Source: an uncultured Mycoplasmatota bacterium | GTDB lineage: Bacteria > Bacillota_I > Bacilli_A > RF39 > UBA660 | Assembly (NCBI GenBank): GCA_946530475.1 | Contig: CAMNAC010000001.1 | Location: forward strand, 1-52,905 | Length of the DNA stretch: 52,905 nt | Reading direction: 5' to 3' | Part shown: positions 46,742 to 52,905 of the stretch, piece after piece | How positions within the stretch are numbered: position 1 is the first letter of the stretch | Layout of the letters: each line of letters begins with the position of its first letter | Translations under genes and position numbers: made by a program | Notes under the pieces: generated by a model | What the model saw: only the letters and a program-made list of their open reading frames with translations | Database searches by the model: none | Told to the model about the DNA's origin: nothing

Positions 46742-48358
46742 TTACTTTCTTTCCATAATTCTCATAATAGCAGGTATTACCTGTTTTTTTCTTGATACTA
46801 TTCCGTCTAAATAAGAACCTTGTTCTAAAGAACCAAAGCAGTTTTCTAATGTGTCATCTGCTCCTTCATTATAAAAAATATAAGATCCATTCTTTATAAC
46901 ATCTGTTACAAATAATGCCCAAATATAGTATCCTTGTGTTTTTGATATTTGATTAATTAAATGAACATATTCTTCTTTTTCATGAAAGAATTCATCCACG
47001 TCTAAAGTAAATACTTGTGCGATTCCAACTTTTTTATTGTCGATTTCAAAGTTTTTAAAGTCAGTATATAATATTTCTTCTTTTGTTTTTCCTTGTATAG
47101 AAGAACCGGCTTTAAACATTTGAATTCCATATTCTTCGTAACTGATATTTACTTTTCTAGATAAGAAGTACACGGCACTTCTATCTAACTCTGTTGTGGT
47201 AGGGCTTTTTAAAATAAGCGTATCGGATAAGATTCCACTCATCATTAGACCTGCAATATCTTTTGGAATATCAATTCCATTTTCTTGATACATTAAATAT
47301 AAAATTGTATTAGTAGATCCTACCGGCATATTTCGAAAATTAATTGGTACTGTAGTACCTAAATTCCCAATTTTGTGGTGATCTACCACCTCTAAAACAT
47401 CTGCTTCTTCAATTCCATCTACACTTTGTACATATTCATTATGATCTACTAAAATGACTTGTTTTTTTGTGCGGTCATTGATATCTGCAAGTTTTAAAAG
47501 CCCAAGACAATTATTTTTTTTATCGGTAATAGGGTAATAACTAAATCTTGTTTTATTGGATGCTTCAATCAAATCATTGACATCTCTTTCTTCATCAAAA
47601 CACATAAAATCTTTCGTGAATTTCATTGTTTTAATGTAGTTACTTAACCAGATATGGTTGGCAGTATCGAAACTGCTTTTTTTGGTCTTAATAATATTGA
47701 CTTTTTTCTCTTTTGCAAGTTCAATCATAGAATCTTTGATATTATTTCCACCAGTAATAATTAATAGTTCTGCGCCATTTTGAATTGCATATTCAATTAT
47801 ATTGTATCGATCTCCTACAATTAAAATGGTGTTTTTTTGAATTGGAAAAGAGTCAATAAATGTACTACTTCTGAAGGATACCACATCAATTTCTCCATTG
47901 ATTTCATCATTAAATCTTAGTACTTCTTCTCCTTCTAATACTTCTAAAATATGTTCATAGGAAGTATAGAGTTTTGTATGGTTTCCATCCACTTGATTTC
48001 TTGCGATATCTTTCATTGCGAGAGCTCCTGTGAATTTTCCATTTTCATCTGTAATTGGAATTGTACTTACATTTTTTTTCGTCATTTCTTCAAAAGCATG
48101 ATAGACAGATTCCTTTTCATTGATAAAATATCCTCTTCTGTAGTTTAAATCCTTAATTTGAAGTTTGACATCGTTTAAATACTTTGGAACGTCAACATGA
48201 AAATAGTCCAATACAAATTTTGTTTCGTTGTTGATATCTCCTAGTACTCTAGGTTCTGTATTCATCCCTAATTGATTTTTTAAATACGATAATGCAATGG
48301 CAGATGTAACACTATCTGTATCAGGTTTTTTATGGCCAAAAACATAGATTTTTTTCAT
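46742..48358 (-). CDS. ppaC: CBS-domain-containing family II (DHH) inorganic pyrophosphatase
   Basis: The N-terminus is VFGHKKPDTDS, a CBS/DRTGG insertion is present, and VDHHK and the DHHA2 C-terminus are found. The length of 538 aa is typical of the CBS-PPase subgroup. Confidence 0.8.
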   Translation of the reverse strand: MKKIYVFGHKKPDTDSVTSAIALSYLKNQLGMNTEPRVLGDINNETKFVLDYFHVDVPKYLNDVKLQIKDLNYRRGYFINEKESVYHAFEEMTKKNVSTIPITDENGKFTGALAMKDIARNQVDGNHTKLYTSYEHILEVLEGEEVLRFNDEINGEIDVVSFRSSTFIDSFPIQKNTILIVGDRYNIIEYAIQNGAELLIITGGNNIKDSMIELAKEKKVNIIKTKKSSFDTANHIWLSNYIKTMKFTKDFMCFDEERDVNDLIEASNKTRFSYYPITDKKNNCLGLLKLADINDRTKKQVILVDHNEYVQSVDGIEEADVLEVVDHHKIGNLGTTVPINFRNMPVGSTNTILYLMYQENGIDIPKDIAGLMMSGILSDTLILKSPTTTELDRSAVYFLSRKVNISYEEYGIQMFKAGSSIQGKTKEEILYTDFKNFEIDNKKVGIAQVFTLDVDEFFHEKEEYVHLINQISKTQGYYIWALFVTDVIKNGSYIFYNEGADDTLENCFGSLEQGSYLDGIVSRKKQVIPAIMRIMERK

Positions 48359-48443
48359 AAGTTCCTCCTCTTTTCCAATTATATCATTTTTTTCGAATAA
48401 ATCTCTAAAAATAGCTAAAAATATTCGTAGAAAGGAAGTTTAT

Positions 48444-48977
48444 ATGAAAAGGACAGGAGTTGTTAGAAGAATAGATGAATTAGGAAGAATTGTAATTCCA
48501 AAAGAAATTCGAAAAACATTAAGAATGAAAGAAGGAGAATCCTTAGAAATTTTTTTAGATCATGAAGAAGACATCGTATTAAAAAAATATTCTTCTATGC
48601 ATAGTTTATCCGATTTTGCACAAAAATTTGCAGATTCTATGGGACGTTATATCAAACATACCATAGTAATTACCGATACGGATAAAGTTTTAGCAAGCTC
48701 TGGAGAAAGAAAAAAGAAATATTTGAATAAAAATATCAGTGAAGCCCTTTTAAAATCAATTCAAAGAAGAGAAGAAATATTAGAAACTTATGAAAAAGAA
48801 TTTGAAATAGTAGAAGAAAACAAAGAAGAAGGTACTTATGCGATGAGTACGATTATTGTAAATGGAGATGTTATAGGTTCTATTTTATTAATATCAGATG
48901 GAGAAGATTTAAAAGAATCCGATTTTCAATTTATTAAAATAGCTTCCTCCTTTTTTGAAAAATATCTTGAAGAGTAA
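48444..48977 (+). CDS. AbrB/SpoVT family transcriptional regulator (SpoVT-like, 177 aa)
   Basis: The swapped-hairpin N-terminus is GVVRRIDELGRIVIPKEIRKTLRMKEGESLEIF, followed by a C-terminal domain of about 120 aa, as in SpoVT. Confidence 0.8.
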   Translation: MKRTGVVRRIDELGRIVIPKEIRKTLRMKEGESLEIFLDHEEDIVLKKYSSMHSLSDFAQKFADSMGRYIKHTIVITDTDKVLASSGERKKKYLNKNISEALLKSIQRREEILETYEKEFEIVEENKEEGTYAMSTIIVNGDVIGSILLISDGEDLKESDFQFIKIASSFFEKYLEE

Positions 48978-49001
48978 AAAATTGTGTGTTATACTAATTG
49001 C

Positions 49002-49223
49002 AGTTTAAAAGTTTTGATGGAGAGGGAAAGAAGAATTTCTTTTAAAAGAGAATCTATGGTTGGTGAAAATAGATAAGAAAGCTTTTTTCAAATGGCTCTT
49101 GAACTGATTTACCGATAGGTAGGTAGATACGTAATTCTGCGTTAAAGATTTAAGGTGTATCTGGGATACATAAATTAAGGTGGTACCACGTAAACTACGT
49201 CCTTATCGGATGTGGTTTTTTTA
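49002..49223 (+). promoter_or_regulatory. T-box leader (Met-specific candidate) with terminator, upstream of metG
   Basis: An extended -10 (TGTTATACT) lies at 48987-48995. An AGAGA box and a GGTGAAA distal-loop motif are present. The candidate AUG specifier is at 49092-49094 (CAAAUGG), just 5' of the Stem I closing strand. The T-box sequence AATTAAGGTGGTACCACG lies at 49174-49190. The terminator stem ACGTCC/GGATGT (49197-49213) is followed by a T-run. Confidence 0.8.
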
Positions 49224-49238
49224 TTTAGGAGGGATAAT

Positions 49239-50804
49239 ATGAAAGAAAAATACTATATTTCCACTGCGATTGCTTATACATCAGGGAAACCACATATTGG
49301 AAATACTTATGAAATTGTTCTTGCAGATGCGATTGCTCGATACAAACGTTTTTTAGGGTATGATGTTTATTTCCAAACAGGAACTGATGAACATGGGGAA
49401 AAAATTGAATTAAAGGCAAAAGCACAAGGAAAAGAGCCACAAGAATTTGTTGATGAAATCGCATTAGAAGTAAGAAGAATTTGGGATACGATGAATACAA
49501 GCTATGATAAGTTTGTAAGAACAACTGCACCATCTCATATGGAAGAAGTTGCGAAAATCTTTAAGCGATTATATGATCAAGGGGATATTTATAAAGGAAA
49601 ATACGAAGGTTTATATTGTACTCCATGTGAATCTTTCTTTACCGAAAGTCAATTAGTAGATGGAAAATGTCCAGATTGCGGAAGAGAAGTTCATGTCGCA
49701 TCAGAAGAAGCATATTTCTTTAAACTTGAAAAATATGCGAAAAGATTAGAAGAATATATCGAAACACACCCAGATTTTATTCAACCTGAATCAAGAAAAA
49801 ATGAAATTATTAATAACTTTATTAAGCCTGGTTTACAAGATTTATGTGTATCTCGTACTTCTTTTGACTGGGGTATACCAGTATCATTTGATGAAAAACA
49901 TGTTGTCTATGTTTGGATCGATGCATTAAGTAACTATATTACCTTCTTAGGTTACCATACTGAAGAGGAATCTGAAGAAGATTTTAAAAAGTATTGGCCT
50001 GCAGATTTGCATCTAATTGGAAAAGATATTTTAAGATTTCATACAATTTACTGGCCAATTATGTTAATGGCATTGGATTTACCTTTACCAAAACAAATCT
50101 TTGGACATCCTTGGGTATTGATTGGAACAGATAAGATGAGTAAATCCAAAGGAAACATCATCTATGCAGATGATTTAGTAAATCTATTTGGGGTAGATGC
50201 GGTAAGATATTATTTATTACATGAAATTCCATTTGCATCGGATGGAACGATTACATATGAATTACTAATTGAACGAATCAATTCTGATTTAGCGAATATC
50301 TTAGGAAATTTAGTCAATCGTACTATCAGCATGAGTCATAAATACTTTGATGGAGTTGTATTAGAACCAAAAGAAGAAGAGAAAATTGATCAAGAATTAA
50401 AATCTTTAGTTTTAGATACAACAGAAAAAGTAAATCAAAAAATGGATCGTCTTCGTATAGCAGACGCTATCGACGATATTTTTGAAATCTTTAGAAGATG
50501 TAATAAATACATTGATGAAACAACTCCTTGGGCACTTGCAAAAGAGGAATCAAAAAAAGAAAGATTACAAACTGTCTTATATAACTTATTAGAATCTATT
50601 CGTCATGGAGCTGTTTTGTTACAATCTTTTTTACCAGAGACTGCAGATTCTATTTTTCATCAATTAAATACGGAAAATAGATATTATGAATCTTTATCTA
50701 ACTTTAATGGATTGGATTATGGAATTCATTTAAATAAGCCAGAACCATTATTTATACGTATTGATAAAGAAAAAAAATTAAAAGAAATTGAAGAAAGTGA
50801 ATAA
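49239..50804 (+). CDS. metG: Methionine--tRNA ligase (short form, no C-terminal tRNA-binding appendix)
   Basis: The preferred start MKEKYYISTAIAYTSGKPHIGN (HIGH motif) follows an AGGAGG RBS. A zinc knuckle (CTPCESF...CPDCG) and the KMSKS motif are present. Confidence 0.95.
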   Translation: MKEKYYISTAIAYTSGKPHIGNTYEIVLADAIARYKRFLGYDVYFQTGTDEHGEKIELKAKAQGKEPQEFVDEIALEVRRIWDTMNTSYDKFVRTTAPSHMEEVAKIFKRLYDQGDIYKGKYEGLYCTPCESFFTESQLVDGKCPDCGREVHVASEEAYFFKLEKYAKRLEEYIETHPDFIQPESRKNEIINNFIKPGLQDLCVSRTSFDWGIPVSFDEKHVVYVWIDALSNYITFLGYHTEEESEEDFKKYWPADLHLIGKDILRFHTIYWPIMLMALDLPLPKQIFGHPWVLIGTDKMSKSKGNIIYADDLVNLFGVDAVRYYLLHEIPFASDGTITYELLIERINSDLANILGNLVNRTISMSHKYFDGVVLEPKEEEKIDQELKSLVLDTTEKVNQKMDRLRIADAIDDIFEIFRRCNKYIDETTPWALAKEESKKERLQTVLYNLLESIRHGAVLLQSFLPETADSIFHQLNTENRYYESLSNFNGLDYGIHLNKPEPLFIRIDKEKKLKEIEESE

Positions 50805-50918
50805 CTTTCTTTTTTTGTCAAACGATGTAAAATGTCGAAAGAAAACGATAAGAAATCTTTTAAAACCTTTTAGTTTTATGATATAGTGATATTGTTGTGA
50901 TAAAGATAGGAGAAACAT

Positions 50919-51086
50919 ATGAAACAGAGTAAATTGGATATTTGTTATGTGATATATGGTTTACTAGCAGTATCATTTATCTTGTTGTTTCTAGCAATGA
51001 AAAGTAATTTACAAATTGAATTCATTTATTTAGGTGCATTAGACTACTGTTTTATTCGTTATTTATGGAAGAAAAAGAATACTTGA
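50919..51086 (+). CDS. Possible small membrane protein (55 aa)
   Basis: An AGGAG RBS lies at 50908-50912. Manual translation gives MKQSKLDICYVIYGLLAVSFILLFLAMKSNLQIEFIYLGALDYCFIRYLWKKKNT. The ORF is below the track's size cutoff and no homology is recognised. Confidence 0.3.
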   Translation: MKQSKLDICYVIYGLLAVSFILLFLAMKSNLQIEFIYLGALDYCFIRYLWKKKNT

Positions 51087-51126
51087 TTATACGCTTTATG
51101 GTATAATTTTTTTTGAGGTGAAATTT

Positions 51127-51888
51127 ATGATGATTGATACACATTGTCATTTAAGTAAAGATGACTATTCAAATCTAGAAGAAATAATTCATCATATGGA
51201 TGGAAATATCATGATCGTAAGTGGCGCGGATATGAAAATGAACTATGAAGTAGTGGAATTATGTCAAAAATATTCGAACATTTATGGAACATTAGGGATT
51301 CATCCTGAAAACCCAGAAGAATATACTTTAGAGAATAAAAATTGGATCAAGGAACAAGCAAAGAATCCTAAAATTATAGGAATTGGTGAAATTGGGTTAG
51401 ATTATCATTATGGAAAAGAAAATAGAGAAAAACAAATTGAAATATTTTTAGATCAAATAGAGTTAGCGAAATCTTTAAATCTACCAATTATTATTCATAG
51501 TAGGGATGCAGACCAAGAGACGTTTGATTTATTAAAAGAACATGCAAAGGGAATGAAGTTTCATCTACATTGTTATAGTGGTAGTGCAGAACTTGCGAAA
51601 GAATATTTAAAATTAGGAGCCAAATTTGGCATAGGGGGAGTTGTAACATTTAAAAATGGAAGAAGATTACAAGAAGTAGTCAAGGAAGTTCCTTTAACAT
51701 CGTTGCTATTAGAAACAGATTCTCCTTATCTTTCTCCAGAACCTTTTAGGGGACATCAAAATGAACCTTATAATATTCTTTATGTCGCAAAAAAAATAGC
51801 GGAAATTAAAGAAATTCCATTCGAAAAAGTGATTGAGCAAACAAACCAAAATAGCATTTCACAATTTGACTTACCTATTCATTTATGA
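51127..51888 (+). CDS. tatD: TatD family metal-dependent hydrolase (YabD)
   Basis: The ATG at 51127 lies 6 nt after GAGGTG. IDTHCHL, GEIGLDYHY, IIHSRDA and ETDSPYL are present. An extended -10 (TGGTATAAT) lies at 51099-51107. Confidence 0.9.
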   Translation: MMIDTHCHLSKDDYSNLEEIIHHMDGNIMIVSGADMKMNYEVVELCQKYSNIYGTLGIHPENPEEYTLENKNWIKEQAKNPKIIGIGEIGLDYHYGKENREKQIEIFLDQIELAKSLNLPIIIHSRDADQETFDLLKEHAKGMKFHLHCYSGSAELAKEYLKLGAKFGIGGVVTFKNGRRLQEVVKEVPLTSLLLETDSPYLSPEPFRGHQNEPYNILYVAKKIAEIKEIPFEKVIEQTNQNSISQFDLPIHL

Positions 51889-51926
51889 TAAGATTTTTAT
51901 AGGAAAAAATATGAGGTGAAAAAGAA

Positions 51927-52634
51927 ATGAATTTATATTTATTTCAGTTTGCTTTTAAATGGTTTAGTTTATTTATCGTTTCTCTTTCTTCCATATTTGG
52001 AGGAGTAGATGTATTAAAAAGTACTTCTGCTATATTAAATGGAAATAAGAATCGAAATAAAACAGTGATTAATAATGTAATTGAGTTTGATACAGAAATT
52101 AAATATAACAATAAACTTCCATCTGATGTAACGAATGTTATTACAGAAGGAGAAATTGGAGTTAGTTATACCGATGAAGAAACAAATGAAGTAAAAATCA
52201 TCCAGGAACCTGTTACAAAAGTAGTGGAACAGGGAAATGGAGACGCTTCTGAATATGTTGGAAGAAGTACTGGATACGGTCCAGACTGCTATGGATGTAG
52301 TGCGGTAGGGAATGTTGCTTGTTTTACAAGAGAACACACGAATCATAGTTTGATTTATGATGGAGTAACCTATACAGATACAGAATATGGAGAAGTTCGT
52401 ATTTTGGCTGCAGATCATCAAAAATTTCCATGTGGAACAATCGTATATGTAGAAACCGGTAAAGGAGATCCATTTATGGGAATTGTCCTAGATACTGGTA
52501 GTTCTATGAGAGAAGCTTGGAGAGAATATGGTCAAGTATGGATGGACATTGCCTATGAATCTGAAGATGCTGCTTCAAAAGGTGGTATCACAAGTATGGA
52601 TACAAAATATACAGTAAAAAGATGGGGTTGGTAA
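51927..52634 (+). CDS. 3D-domain (MltA/RlpA-like barrel) cell-wall protein, YabE/YuiC-like
   Basis: An N-terminal signal anchor is present. The C-terminus FPCGTIVYVETGKGDPFMGIVLDTGSSM...MDIAYESEDAA resembles 3D domains. It follows tatD as yabE does in Bacillus. Confidence 0.55.
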   Translation: MNLYLFQFAFKWFSLFIVSLSSIFGGVDVLKSTSAILNGNKNRNKTVINNVIEFDTEIKYNNKLPSDVTNVITEGEIGVSYTDEETNEVKIIQEPVTKVVEQGNGDASEYVGRSTGYGPDCYGCSAVGNVACFTREHTNHSLIYDGVTYTDTEYGEVRILAADHQKFPCGTIVYVETGKGDPFMGIVLDTGSSMREAWREYGQVWMDIAYESEDAASKGGITSMDTKYTVKRWGW

Positions 52635-52727
52635 AACCTCATTTTTACTTGTTATTTTATCTGTTATCAAGCATTATTGACTAAAAAATAAATAATTGAT
52701 ATCCTTAAAATAGGAAGGAGGGATAGA

Positions 52728-52905
52728 ATGAAGAAAAAAGGATTTACCTTAATTGAACTTTTAGCGGTGATTGTAATTTTAGCAGTGATCGCACTTATTG
52801 CAACCCCACTCATTATGAATGTGATCAATGATGCGAAAAAGAATAGCTTTAAAGATTCTGCTTATGGAATTATCAAAGCAGTGGAACTAAGAGCAATGCA
52901 AGAAA
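52728..52905 (+). CDS. Type IV pilin / ComGC-like prepilin (N-terminal part, runs off the window end)
   Basis: Manual translation gives MKKKGFTLIELLAVIVILAVIALIATPLI, i.e. the class III signal KGFTLIELL with the invariant Glu at +5. An AGGAAGGAGGG RBS is present. Confidence 0.75.
   Translation, partial: MKKKGFTLIELLAVIVILAVIALIATPLIMNVINDAKKNSFKDSAYGIIKAVELRAMQE

Overview
This window is the chromosomal replication-origin region of a very AT-rich Bacillota (Firmicutes) genome; AT-richness was judged by eye, not computed. The gene content looks Erysipelotrichia- or Clostridia-like, but that taxonomic guess is weak. Coding-strand bias flips at about 23.6-24.0 kb. To the left, mostly on the minus strand, lie yycJ-like, an M23 peptidase, dnaB, rplI, a GdpP-like DHH protein, whiA, yvcK, lgt, uvrB, a Noc-like ParB-family gene, rsmG, mnmG, mnmE, jag, yidC, rnpA and rpmH. 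To the right, mostly on the plus strand, lie dnaA, dnaN, comK-like, recF, gyrB, gyrA, SRP RNA, tadA, dnaX, ybaB, recR, holB, yaaT, rsmI, pth, mfd, lemA/TPM, spoVT-like, a T-box with metG, tatD and yabE-like. DnaA-box clusters flank dnaA, giving a bipartite oriC. The content is almost entirely core housekeeping; I saw no mobile elements, CRISPR arrays, rRNA or tRNA genes, or recognisable defence systems. The unusual part concerns chromosome segregation and organisation. (1) Nine near-identical parS-like sites (TGTTYCACGTGRAACT) sit in two phased clusters with 32-33 bp spacing in the gyrA-tadA intergenic region. (2) Three perfect 16-bp Noc-binding-site palindromes (TATTTCCCGGGAAATA), plus several half-sites, occur in the window, and some of them bracket the parS array. 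(3) The only ParB-family gene in the window has a Noc-type helix-turn-helix and sits in the noc position after rsmG. It lacks an N-terminal membrane-targeting helix, carries a Pro/Ala/Val-rich insertion of roughly 280 aa, and has no soj/spo0J neighbours. Other notable points are a stand-alone ComK homolog between dnaN and recF, a CIRCE operator on the htpG promoter, and a sensor-less GdpP-like phosphodiesterase. All calls rest on manual reading and translation; no database search was possible.
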